Source of the DNA: Octopus vulgaris
Lineage: Eukaryota
DNA length: 64,000 nt
NCBI GenBank assembly: GCA_951406725.2
Contig: OX597822.1
Coordinates: forward strand, 42,160,001-42,224,000
Direction: 5' to 3'
Shown here: positions 14,812-29,030 of the stretch, piece after piece
Layout: each line of letters starts with the position of its first letter
Numbering within the stretch: position 1 is the first letter of the stretch
Notes under the pieces: generated by a model
Told to the model about the DNA's origin: nothing
The model's input: only the letters and a program-made list of their open reading frames with translations
Databases searched by the model: none
Position numbers and translations under genes: made by a program

Positions 14812-14862
14812 TTTGTCAGTAAACAGGTCGCGGTTTTAAAGCGATGAAAATATTTTGACAAA
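14812..14862 (+). ncRNA. hammerhead-like motif, G3:C8 family (this copy also G5A), in a TA-flanked insert (~14785-14945)
   Basis: tttgtca-GTAAACA-g-gtcgc..gcgat-GAAA-atat-TT-tgacaaa. Confidence 0.55.
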
Positions 14863-14944
14863 TTAAACTTAAATGTTGAAGTGAATCGAACGGCTTTCGT
14901 GTGTTTCTTAAATGGCTTACAAACACCTTCCACGCTGCAATTGT

Positions 14945-14996
<52 letters not shown>

Positions 14997-15004
<8 letters not shown>

Positions 15005-15660
15005 ATCTTGCATACATGAAGTGGATTCCATCCACTATAGCCAAATTCAAATCAACGCTGCAACAGAACTTTTCCCACGAGGGAACAGAGGTTTTTCTCT
15101 GACAGCAGTTTTTCATTTTCCAGATGCCTTTAGCTAGGCCGAAATAATGTCTTCACTACTTGACCCTTTCTAACCTCTTCTACTTCACCAAAAGCTAGAA
15201 TAGAGATAACAAGACCACCAACTAAATCTATTGTTCTCAATGATATATCTACCCTTCTGGCTCTTTATATAAACAAGCATACCCCAAGCAAAAATCAGTT
15301 CGTCACAGTCGTGACGACTCAACGGAGTTAGTCACAGTCGGTGACGACTCAATGACAACGAAGTCTGGCTGACCAGCTACAATCTTGACCAGAGGGAGAA
15401 ATGAAGTTTACTGTCAGAAACTTGAGACAACACCCTACAATTCTCTCTAGCTCTAATTCTGTTCTCTTACAACATCATTCTATCTCTCTCTGTATTTACT
15501 ACTGCTAAACAATGAAGAGGACACATACACAAACTTTACTTCGCATGCTTTTGGATGTATCAAAACCTGCTCGTCAAGGCAAGTTATTGTAACGTAACGG
15601 CAAATAAATATTTCCTTAAAACTTCATGACATTGTTTACTAATCAATTTCTCCCGTTACA
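14997..15660 (+). mobile_element. LTR-like repeat copy 1 (in tubulin 1 intron 2)
   Basis: Highly similar to the reverse complement of 21314-22086; contains AATAAA and ends ..gttaCA. Confidence 0.65.
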
Positions 15661-15981
15661 AAACAAACAACCGTTACATACACAAACACACTCAACATCT
15701 GTAACATATATAAACATACACAAACACACTCAACATCTGTAAACAGTCTCAAGCTCCATGCGTTATCACCCGCTTCTATTTGGACTAGCGTTCTCTCCAG
15801 AAAATTGATTTTTCACATCAACTTATTGCTATGAACACAGGACTAAAAAATTGTTATCAGAGACACTGCAGTTAATTGCGACATTTCTCTAATTTTATAT
15901 TTTTCTCCCATTCTATATGAAACAATAAATAATATTCCCTGAAACTACTAGGGTTAATTTCTTCTCCCCTTTTTATTTTAA

Positions 15982-17121
<1,140 letters not shown>

Positions 17122-17138
17122 CATATTTTTTTATTAGG

Positions 17139-17144
17139 AATAAA
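17139..17144 (+). terminator. polyadenylation signal, tubulin gene 1
   Basis: AATAAA 18 nt after the stop, followed by T/GT-rich sequence. Confidence 0.65.
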
Positions 17145-19030
17145 TGCTATATTTTTAATATTGATTTTTATTGTTTATCTCTCTTCTTACAAAGTTAGTA
17201 TTTGTTGTTATTTCTTGTGATGTTTCGTGTCTTCCGGGAATGATTAAGTTGTGATCCTACTGAAATGCAGAATATTTTGAAAGCTGGAAATTGAGATATT
17301 GATCCGTATTGATCTTCAGCAATTATAAATTTCAAAGAATTCTACTAGTATCAGTTTTTATATTCTCTTGTCCTTTTTTATAATTGATTAACTGCTTATA
17401 CATACGACCTGGTGGAGGCGCAATGACCCGGTGGTTAGGGCAGTGGACTCGCGGTTTCGATTCCCAGACCGGATGCTGTGTGTGTTTATTGAGTCAAAAC
17501 ACCTAAAAGCTCCACGAGGCTCCGGCAGGGGTGGTGGTGACCCCTGTTGTACTCTTTCGCCACAACTTTCTCTCACTCTCTCTTCCTGTTTCTTGAGTAA
17601 TGCTGCGATGGACTGGCGTCCAGTCCAGCTGGGGGGAACACATACGCCACAGAAACCGGATAGTAGATGGACGGAATGGTGCTAAGCATTTCACCCGACA
17701 TGCTCATCAGAAATTTGCGTTCTCATGTTTTGAGGAAAAGGAAAGATCCTGTGAATCATAGATTGAAATTCAACAAATTTTTGCGGATTCCTCGCGTGCA
17801 AACGAAAATATAATTTTCTACATTCTTCCCTCAATACGTTAAAGTTAACCAGTCTGTCATTTACAGGAACGTCTGTATTTATTATTTTAACTATGTCAGT
17901 TAAAAAATTAGACTTATTAACTGGCGTCATATTTTTTAAGCCACTTGGTTTTTTTTTTTCCCTCCACATTTACACAACTCTCCGTTTGCATTGCTACGTT
18001 AATTATAACACAATACTGTCTTAATTATAACACACTATCGCCAGTCTTTGTCAGAAAATTGTTCATCTGTCTATAATAAAATCCCTAGACATGTTTGAAC
18101 ATCTTTGACTGATGCAGGTTCATGAGATCGCAGTCGATGTTTTTAAAGAAAATGAAACTGGAAGATAGCCACACACACAATTTCTTTATTACCCAGGACG
18201 AGCCGACAAAGATAAGAAACAAATAACACATTGGGGACATAAAACGCAAAAACAAAACAAAACTTATGATAAAATGAGTGAGTGAAAATGAAAGATGAAA
18301 GTGATGTTACCCGCCCCATCGGATAACATCACTTACCTGTCCTCTTTCCCTATGTCCTCTTCTTTCGAAAAATAATCCTCTATTGTCAACCCGTACTGTT
18401 TTTTGGCATAACTTCGGTATAAGTACCGGAAGTACCGGATACATTTCAAGAAAGTGGGGGTTTTTTTTATATATGGGGGGTGGTGGTTAGGGGTCGAAGA
18501 AAAGAGTTTCTCTTATCTTCAGAAATGTAAACAAAGTCACGTGTGTACCTATACCGAAGGATCGCCCCAAATTCTTTCACTTGTTTTCCCGTTAAAGGCA
18601 CCTTAATACACTCCTCCTCATCCCAACTATCCGGCAATTTGACTTCATCCCAGTCCCTCAATATTTCCAACAGGTCCTCGTCTTCCTTGTCTAATAAACC
18701 TAAAGCGAGAGGGGAAACACACACAAAGAGAGAGCGTGAGAGAGAGAGAAAGAGAGAGAGAGAGGAGTTTGGAGAAGTTATGCTGTACTGTTATGTCTTT
18801 GGGATTCCAGATCCTAGATCTGTATCACCACCTTGGGTGGATATGTGTGGCCTCTTCTAGAACTTCCCTACAGTAGTTCTCTCTGTTTCCTCGATATTAT
18901 TGCTTATTTGTCTGAGCTCTTTACGTTCTGAGATCAAATTCCACCGAGGCTGACTTTGCCTTTTAACCCTTTGGGTCGATAGAATTTGTACCAGTTGAGC
19001 ACAGGATCAATATATTCGACCTACCGTTCC

Positions 19031-19197
19031 CACTAGCGTAGCTAGAGTGTGTGCCGCCCGGGGGCGGCCCTTCTGTTTGCCGCCTCCGGACCCCACAAAA
19101 AATACATATTGCCTTGAGCAGACCCAAAAGTGCCGCCCCTTTAAAAGTGCCACCCGGGGCGGACCGCCCCTACCGTCTCCCGCTAGCTACGCTAGTG
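19031..19197. mobile_element. hAT MITE inserted in a SINE
   Basis: Perfect 15-bp TIR cactagcgtagctag and perfect 8-bp TSD accgttcc. Confidence 0.9.
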
Positions 19198-19399
19198 ACC
19201 GTTCCCCCAAAATTGCTGGCATTGTTCCGAAATTTTGAAGCAATAATTAGTAGTTTGAATCGACTCATTTGTGACTCATTAAGATACTCCTATATGTAGG
19301 TGTATTAGATAGTCTGTATACATCCGCGTAATATACACTATACAGCCTTTTACGATACTATATATAAATGTTTATAAGATACGTCATATTCATATTTAT

Positions 19400-20310
19400 C
19401 AGATACTCCTTCAGAGCGTTCGGGCCAAATTTCACGATTTTTATGTCGTTCTTTTTTAGGAACAGCTTCATGTGTTGCTTAATGGTCAACGGCTTTAAAG
19501 GGCATAAAAATTAAAGTTGTAGTTGAGAAAACATTAGCTGACATGGAGGACTGGAAACCATCTGAATATTAGAAAAAGAGTTACCTTTATCATGATGATT
19601 CGCACTGGGTGTTAAAATACCGACATCATGACTGCTACCCAATGGTCTCTGAATATTCCAAAGGCTGTAAGATGTGACATGGACAGCTGCAATGGAGACT
19701 ACGAAGCTGTGACCAGCAGGAAAAGATACAGCAGGCTTTTGACTACATCCGCACGCCGCAATTTATCCGACAAGACAGAGCCTTAGGCTCAATTTAGACG
19801 ACTATGTGAACCTAGAGGAGAATGTGATCAATTCCTGGCTGGAGAGTATTGCTACTGAACGGCCATATATTTGCAGCAGGATTCGACTCCATGCCATGTC
19901 ACCGAAAAGAGTCAGAAGTGGTTGTCGGAGAATTTGTACAACTTCATCAGCCCTTATTTATGGCCTCCTAATTCCCTCAGTTGTTATTCCATGGATTACT
20001 ATGTGTGGGGCGCAGTTGAGAAAGACACCATCCACCCTGTTTTAGGACGGCACGGAGGACTGTCTACTGTGTCTAGATAGTAACGCAAATGCTGGCTTTA
20101 AGATCAAGGAGGTGTTCGAAGGTCTTCCAGAGACACAGTGAAGAACAAATGCGCCAGGTTCTGGAGCCGTCTTGAGGCTGTGATGCAAGTTGAGGGCGGA
20201 TACAGCGAGTAAACTGCTATTTCCCTGCCATAGTTTCGATTTAAAAAAAAAAATTTTACTTTTATACAAACTGTCAAATTTAGACCGAATACCGTGTATG
20301 TACAACCCTA
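19400..20310 (+). pseudogene. Tc1/mariner transposase fossil
   Basis: QQDSTPCH and WPPNS..C..MDYYVWG motifs, frameshifted. Confidence 0.75.
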
Positions 20311-21296
20311 TAAGATGTTCCTATATGCAACACTATACGAAACTCCTATATATAAAATCTATAACTTATTCCTATAATATGCAACCCTATAACATACTCT
20401 TCTATATACATTTATAACATATAAACTCCTGCATGCATGTTTTTCGGATCAACCAATGCTCCGAGGGTATCTTATGGAAAAAAAATTTTTTAATAAACTT
20501 ATTTTACAAAAATTTTAACGTACGGTTGTTTTAATCCTAGTGTAATGATTGTATGTTGCAAATAAATAAGAGGAAGAAAGATATTATTCGTTCAAATGAC
20601 CCTTTTTTCTTCATCGTTACAATGTAAGATACAACTTCTTCGAGTTGTTGTAATACACAGATTATTTGCCGTTCTGTTACCCATTCTGCAGGTAATTAAA
20701 GTCATCTTTTGCTGAAGGGAACGGATGGAAAAAGGAGAGAGAAAGAGTAAAAGAAATTAGACAAGTAAAGAGGGCGAAAGTTGTATAGTTGCGTGATGAT
20801 AGGCCATACGTAAAGTGTTCCTTTGGCCAGGAGCCAAGCGAAAAGAGGCAGAACCGATTTTGGGTTCTGTATTTATATTTTTCTTAACTAAATTAGGTCA
20901 GGCTAGACAACGGATTTTCCGTCTCTTGTCTGCCTCTGTCCCAAGTCTGACTTGAAATAGTCACTTAAACAATAGAACTGACTCATAATTTTCTACGTGG
21001 AAAAGCCGAGGACAATAAGAAAGGAACTGGTAGAAAAATGTAGCTAGGAAGCTGTTCGTAACTCCCACTCAACTATAAATGCATTGCCCAACGAGCAAAG
21101 GTTTTCTAGTCATGACCATCCTGCTTTTTTATATCAGCGACTAAACTTACCAATATGTCATTCCTTTTTCTTTTTAGGACGGCACGGAGGACTGTCTACT
21201 GTTTCTTGCTAGTAAAGCAACTACGGAGAGGTTCTCTCATTAACTCTAAATATTATCGTTTAGCACCATGCCAACCTTGATCGGACATACCTATAA

Positions 21297-22086
21297 CAGT
21301 TGCAGTTACCAATAGTAACGGGTAAGATTGATTAGTAAACAATATTATGAAATGTCGGAGTCAGCAGCTGTGACGATAAAAAATTGTTGTTATAATTGCA
21401 TGTTGTAGGATGTGAAAGATGAACAATGCATGAAGTTTTAAGGAAATATTTATTTACCGTTACGTTACAATACTTAGCCTCGACAGGCAGGTTATGATAC
21501 ATCCAAAAGCATGCGAAGTAAAGTTTGTGTTTGTGTCCTCTTCATTGCTTAGTAGTAATTACAGAAAGAGATAGAATGATGTTGTAAGAGAACAGAATTA
21601 AAGCTAGTGAGAGTTGTAGGGTGTTGTCTCACAGTTGCTGACAGTAAACTTCATTTTTCCCTCTGACCAAGGTTCTAGCTGGTCAGCCAGACTTCGTTGT
21701 CACCCAAGTGACTAACTGATGGAGTCGTCACGAACCGCCTCGCTCCGTTGTCGCCAAGTGACTACCTGGTTGAGTCGTCACTAACTGATTTTTGCTTGGG
21801 GTGTTCTTGCTTTTGTAACTATCCAGAAGGATGGACATATCATTGAGAACAATAAATCTAGTTGGCGATCTTGTTATCTCTATTCTAGCTTTTGGTGAAA
21901 TAGAAGAGGTTAGAAAGGGTCAAGTGGTGAAGACATTATTTCAGCCTAGCTAAAGGTATCTGGAAAATGTAAAACTGCTATCAGAGAAAAACCATTGTTC
22001 GACCGTGGGAAAAGTTTTGTTGCAGTGTTAATTTAAATTTGGCTATGGTGGATGGAATCCACTTCATGCTTGCAAGATCCACTACA
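21297..22086 (-). mobile_element. LTR-like repeat copy 2 with PBS-like tail
   Basis: Minus strand starts TGtagtggatc and ends cgttact-at-TGGTAACTGCA. Confidence 0.65.
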
Positions 22087-24789
22087 TACCTATAATCAAA
22101 GGCATTCCTCCTATGTCCATCCGATCCTTATATAAAACAGTAGAGTGTGGTTTGAAAAAAGAAAAATTATTTGCTATTTCTAGCAGGTCGAACGACCTCA
22201 CAGAGGCTCTCGAGTTGGTTTATGTAACAATGTGTCGATATATGAAAGATTAAATTTAGGGGTTACATTTTATTATTTTTTTAAACGGCTGCTTCGTAAT
22301 TGCTTAAACAAAGTAATGATAATTATAACTGTAGGAGATTAGGGGTGACCTGAAGTGTCAATCGGAGACGGAAATGAGATATTTTAATGGCATGAGAGGA
22401 ATGTGTTGTTTCAGACAGGTGTCTGCATGAAAAGGATGCATTACGATAGCTATGAATAAGATGATATATGCATATACATATATGCAAATACATACACATA
22501 CATGTAAACTTTTGCACCTGAACATGCACACACACATTCGTATTCATGTGTGTGTGTGTGTGTGTGTGTGCGCGTGCGCGTGTTGCGCTATAATATAATA
22601 GTATAATATAAAGGCAGCGAGCTGGCAGAATCGTTAGCACGCCAGGCGAAATGCGTAGCCGTATTTCGTCTGCCGTTACGTTCTGAGTTCAAATTCCGCC
22701 GAGGTCAACTTTGCCTTTCATCCTTTCGGGGTCGATTAAAAAGTACCAGTTACGCACTAGGGTCGATGTAATCGACTTAATCCGTTTGTCTGTCCTTGTT
22801 TGTACCCTCTGTGTTTAGCCCCTTGTAGATAGTAAAGAAATAGGTATTTCGTCTGTCTTTACGTTCTGAGTTCAAATTCCACCGAGATCGAATTTGCCTT
22901 TCATCCTTTCGGGGTCAATAAATTAAGTACCAGTTGCTTTCTGGGGATCGATCTAATCGACTGGCCGCCTCCCCAAAAATTTCGGGCCTTGTGCCTAGAG
23001 TTAAAAAGAATATAGTATAATATAATACACACGCACACAGATACACACACGTTCTGAGTTCAAATCTCGCAAAGGTTAGTTTTGCCTTTCATCCTTTCAA
23101 GGTCGTTAAAATTAAATACCAATGAAGTACAGGAGCTGAAGGTATCGACTAACGCCTCTCACTACAATTGCTGGTTTTGTGCCAAAATTTGAAACTGCTG
23201 TTATAGAATCCGCTTCACATTCAGCTAAATTTTGTTCACCCAAACCTGTATCGCAAGGTGTGAGATGAACTGCGTGTAAATAACGAACAACACCACATGA
23301 ACGATTAATAGAAACTTCATTCACTGCACAAAACATTTTCCATGTTGGTCTTGAATTAATAATGCACAACAAAGCATATATAATAATGCAAAGCACAATT
23401 CGGTAGTTATGAGAAAATAGTTAGTTAAATCAGCTGCTAAGACTGCAGATAAAATGTTAAATTCAAAATTGCAATATCGTAGCTGCTTCTTCTTCTTCTT
23501 CTTCTTCTTCTTCTTCCACCCACAACACGCGATAGACTGGCGGTTGCACGGGCGTGAAAGCTACGTTGTTATCCTCATTCCGTAAACGGTGACTTTTAAC
23601 GGGTGGAGAGCTGAACCATCCTGGGGTACAGAGGATTCGCAATCTAGACTAGGGTCTGAAAGTTTACCACACCATAATGGGTTACACCATGGTTCCTCTG
23701 CTTTGTGGCAGAAGTAGGAAGAAAGAGTGAGAAAAAGTTGTGGTGAAAGAGTACAACCTCATGGAGCTTAATAAATACTTACAATGCCCGGTCTGGGAAT
23801 TGAAACCGCGTTCTTACGACGGCGAGTCCGCTGCCTTAACCACTTGTCCATCGCCGCTCCACACCGTAGCTGCTGTCTGCTCGGTTGAATAAGAAGTTGT
23901 TAAAATGATTGTTAAAATGCTGAAAAATGAGAGTGTGATTTTCATGGCGGCGATTCCCAACACTTTGTGGCAAGGGGTGAGACGTGTGAAATGAATCGGC
24001 GGATCTATGAACAAATATCCCTGGTAAGAGGGGAGGCGCATTTGGTACAGTCACCTTCGACACCCTGCAAAGATTTGACACAAAAACTCGTCTATTTTTA
24101 TGTCTCGTTAGGGACGCTGTAGAAATTTCTAGAAGGTTGTATCGCGTAATGGCTCCATGCTGATTGGCCAGTTAAGCGACCGATCACGTGAAATCGCTGT
24201 TACTAAGCCGTGGTTTTTACTTGGCAATTCGTCGATTCGGTTTCGAATCTGCTACACCTGAACATAGTTTTCTACATCTTCATTATACATTCCAATGTCA
24301 ACAACCAAATTATTTGGTTCTTACGTTAGAGAACATCTCACTATGTGTGCCATAGTTTGTGGTTCTGTGCTGCTCGTGAATAGTGTGGATGGAGTGGCTA
24401 TATCCTTATTTAATGATTGTCATCCTGGCTCTATTAACTCTAGTTTTTTTCTACTTTCTCCCTCTTACAGCCACTCCACCAGGTGGTAACTATTTACTTG
24501 CTGCCTTTTCCATTGAGGATAATAAGCTGTTGTTTCTTTGTCCCTACAAAATTGTTCTTACTTCAATAAAGATGAAAGTGACACATTTTAGGAAGATTTT
24601 CTTTGACATTATGTGACTCTGAAACGAAACTTGGTCGAAAATAGGATGTTGTAGTAACTTCATTTAGGCATACAGTAGATTCGAACCTGAATATGCCAGT
24701 TTCTTTTAACATTTCAACAATACTTTTCTCACAGAAAAACAATAGTGACAGCAGTTACAGTTAACATATGGCTTTGTTAAGCCGATTTA

Positions 24790-25320
24790 TGTCTTTACCA
24801 CTTGACCCTTCTAACCTCTTGAATTGAGATAACAGTTGACCTTCCAAAAAATATCCTTTGTCTTTGCAGTGTATCTATTTTTCTAGATAGTTTTGTAGTT
24901 ACGAACACTAGAACTCCGTAAGCCAAAGTCAGTTAGTGAGAACCGAGTTTAGCTGACCGGCTGAACGAAACGCTGTCTCTAAATGAAAAGGCACAGATGG
25001 ACAACTATGGTAACTCACCAACGATGCAGTTGCTTTGTCCCACCACTCTTACTAGCTCACTTTCTCTTCTCTACAACATTACCCTATCTCTATCTCTGGT
25101 TTACTACTACACAAAAACGAGAACATAAACACACTTATACAAGAAAAATCTACGATAAGTCTCTTTAATTTGCATGCTTTACGAATTATATTATACCAGC
25201 CCGTCGTGGTTTGGCTATATACAACGTAACGGCAATAAATATTTGTTTACAATTTTGATCACTGTTCTTCCTTCATCCTGCACACTTGCAACGCCAACAC
25301 CTGTTACAATTGGTAACTGC
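24790..25320 (+). mobile_element. LTR-like repeat copy 3 (diverged)
   Basis: Shares cacttgaccct(t)ctaacctctt and caacgtaacggcaataaata; ends gttaCA-at-TGGTAACTGC. Confidence 0.55.
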
Positions 25321-26878
25321 CGACTCCAACGTATATCATTACATTTACTGTTACAATGTCGTTCGTCTTGGTGTCGATAGGAAACTGTAAGAAATTAATA
25401 TAGCTATTTACATTGGTAGATATTTCCTATGCTATGGTGGAATACTCTATCATAGAATAGCAGAGTAACTGGGCGTTAAAACACAAGGTCTGAAATTTTT
25501 CGCTTTATATTTGAAAGCTCACGATGTTGTTGCAAGTGCTCAGTCTCACCTTTGTCTTTGTAGCGTACACTCGAGTGAAATTCCTTTCTCCCCTTTATTA
25601 TATACGTGCATTCGAACGTAGCAGGTAACAGCTAGCCTTTGGATGCTTTTTGGACCGCGTTGTGTCCACTACTCTGATTGGTTGGTATTGGCGCAATTTG
25701 TCTCTTACTCTATAGCACCAATTTGCAGCGTATAACCAACCGGAGTCTCTAAATAAAATCACGTGAGACAGCCTGTTCTCAACCTAGTTTTGAGCCTACA
25801 GCTCCTTATAAAAACCCAGCATCTCCTCGTCTTGAGGTCTTTGGTTTCAGACCTTTTAAAGTCTAACCACTGACCACACAAAACACAGCCTGTTCCACCG
25901 CCATGTTGAGACTTACCAACTTCGTATAACAGTATTACGGCAATCTCTTTCTTCGTCGCTACCATCATCTTCTTAACGTCGTCAACATCATCTCTCTACG
26001 TACACAGCTCAACAATCAACTCACCCAGGTTCCAACACTCCACTGTTCGTGAATTACTTCACCATGGATCAACAGCGAATAAACTGCGAGAACTCCTGTA
26101 CCAAGTGACGCAGGCAGCAGCATTACAGCCACAACTTCACGTACGACATGTACCGCAACCGGCTCAGCATCATGGCCGCAACCCTTTGATACAGTATTTC
26201 AATAACCGTGTACAATTGACAACAAAGTGGTATTCTCATTCTTGTGTATGAACATTCTTCCAACTTCTCATTATAGACTCTTTCCCTGTTTTCTTCATTA
26301 TTATTCTTATATATACTTAACGCACATGCATACATTCATGCCTACACACACACACACACACACTTTGTTCTCATGACGGCCTGTCTATTATTCTGTATAC
26401 ATGACGCATACACAAAGCAATGATTACACTTATTATCTCCCCTTTTGTATAACCACCCTTGCTCTGCTAGGTGAGGTTGAGCACTTGGCTTCTTGGTGAC
26501 TTACCAAGTTATTTTGCTGGCTCAGAAATGTGACATTTGTCTACTGTAGCACACTATGTTGAGGATTAGTTGCTCAAAGAAGCTTGAAGTTGTGGATAAA
26601 AAACGAGATCGGCCTCTTGTGGGGAATTAATGGGTTTCCTGGTTTCAACAGTGCTATAACATAAGCCTTCTCTCAGATCTGAGATATCGTATATTGTCCG
26701 GCAATGATTATACAGATTCAGGGGTCACCTCTTTACCCCTCGGGTCCGAAATACTTAGTTTGCTCAGTTACAATGTCATCCAACTTGAATATCTTTCCTG
26801 GTTTTCGACATTCTGTAGCAATTTCGGGTGAAGTATGTGTGATTGAGGGCGGGGTAGATATTCACAGTATTTTGCTAA

Positions 26879-27108
26879 GGCGGCGAGCTGGCAGAAACGT
26901 TAACGCGGCGGGCGAAATGCTTAGCGGTATTTCGTCTGCCGTTACGTTCTGAGTTCAAATTCCGCCGAGGTCGACTTTGCCTTTCATCCTTTCGGGTTGA
27001 TAAATTAAGTACCAGTTACGCACTGGGGTCGATGTAGTCGACTTAATCCGTTTGTCTGTCCTTGTTTGTCCCCTCTATGTTTAGCCCCTTGTGGGCAGTA
27101 AAGAAATA
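26879..27108 (+). mobile_element. tRNA-derived SINE family A (Meta-domain-like core)
   Basis: Head ggcggcgagctggcagaa, B-box gttcaaattcc, core gcctttcatcctttcggggtcgataaattaagtacc. Other copies at ~2484, 8693, 10338, 12512-12905(-), 22613-23012, 31433, 49441-50015, 50355-50571(-). Confidence 0.85.
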
Positions 27109-27331
27109 AGTATTTTGCTATGTTCTAGCTTAGTCTTCAACTTTTTCCACCTTAACCATTCAATATCAATAGGTGGCCAAATATATTTGCAGTGAGCGTT
27201 TGTTGGTGAGTATTAAGATCACTTACAGATTAAAGATCATACTTTCTTATTATTCTTTGAAATATCTTTAGTGCCAATGAGTTGAGTTCGAAATATTGTG
27301 GTTCCCCAGGGAATTACTTTCAATCATCTTC

Positions 27332-27384
<53 letters not shown>

Positions 27385-27425
27385 AAAAAAGAAGTTTGAA
27401 AACGCCACTATATTAGATAAATTTT

Positions 27426-27474
27426 AATTTTACATGTTTCGGTTCTTGAAATAACGAACCTTATCAAAAAAATT
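27426..27474 (-). ncRNA. hammerhead-like motif (UUGAUAA core) between ~40-bp inverted arms
   Basis: Minus strand: ttt-TTGATAA-ggttc..gaacc-GAAA-catg-TA-aaa. Stem I is only 3 bp. Confidence 0.45.
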
Positions 27475-27563
27475 TATAATAAACAGTATAATGGAACATA
27501 ATATAGTGGCGTTTTCAAACTTCTTTTTTACAAATATATACCCACTCGTATACGATCTACTCT

Positions 27564-27645
<82 letters not shown>

Positions 27646-28060
27646 TCTGATAAAGAGTTCCTTTGCTATTTGGTGACATATTCACCACAGAGAGCGGCTG
27701 TCTCTTTGGGAAAAACCAATTAAGTTTTTCCATCCAGCATCCTGAAATATGGATTATAGGTGTTGGCTTAATGTTCTCTTGTTTAACCTGTTTAGTCAAG
27801 TTTCTCTTGGTTACATAGTTACATAAAGCAACTTTTTAAAAGTATGATGATCGGTGCGACTATTATGTTGTCTTGGAAACAAATAAGACGATGTTGATTC
27901 CGTCGTAAAGGCTTCAGTGAATTACAATGGATCATCATCGCACAATAATGAGTCATGGCTTTCATTTACATCAGTTAGTTTACTAGAAGGATAATCTATA
28001 TATCCCCATCCACCCTTCAAATTCCCTCTCACTCTATCTCTAACGCACACGCGCACCCAC

Positions 28061-28100
<40 letters not shown>

Positions 28101-28949
28101 GAACATGCACACCACTTCTGAAATAATAAACTACCATAATAAGTATAAACATCCGTGATGAATGTTACCAAGGATACTAATAACAGTATAGTCGTTGTGA
28201 ACTGGTCAATAACTGGCCTTTTAATAATATTACATACATACACACATAGATGCATACATACATTCACACACACTTACAAACACGCACACATCACAAAGAT
28301 GCAGTGAGTAAGGCAACAGATATTGATCCCCATTTGTTATCAGGTGTCGTATTCCTAGATGTATACAACAACCAGACAGGAAAGAAACTAAAATCATTTA
28401 TTCCAAACTTAAGGCTACTTGACTTGTCCCCCGGTTTGATGCTACCATTTGGCCCTAAAGGTATCGTGGAGTCGTGTCCACTTTGTTACAAACATTTCAG
28501 CGAGGTCTCCCTTCTGTGGATAACTCCCTCTCTTCATCTCACTAGTCTCAACGGTTCTGAAAATAGTCCCAATGGCACTGTCCCACTTCCTTACTCTGTT
28601 TTATCCCTACATCAATATACAAAATTATCTTGACAACAAAAGATATTACTCACACACACACACACACATGCGCATGTCTAGACATGTACCAATGTAACAA
28701 TGTGCATGAGAATACATACATCAAACAAAACACACAAACCTACCCATGCACTGATTTCAAATACTGCACATACAAAAATACTCTGTAGTTGAAATTACAA
28801 TGAAGGAGCCTTGGATCATGGTTAGAAACCGGCTCTTAATTGACAAGAAATCTTGAAATAAAACTGAAGAATGACACACACACACACACACACACACGTA
28901 CATAATTACGTACACACACACACACACACGCAAGTGCACACTCGCATGC

Positions 28950-29030
<81 letters not shown>

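Noticed and set aside
17680-17715. Minus-strand CTGATGA..GAAA
   Set aside because: GAAA comes from a SINE fragment and there is no stem I or III pairing.
25740-26200. TATA-like motif with a Q-rich reading frame (possible gag start)
   Set aside because: No recognisable domain and the frame is broken; unsupported.
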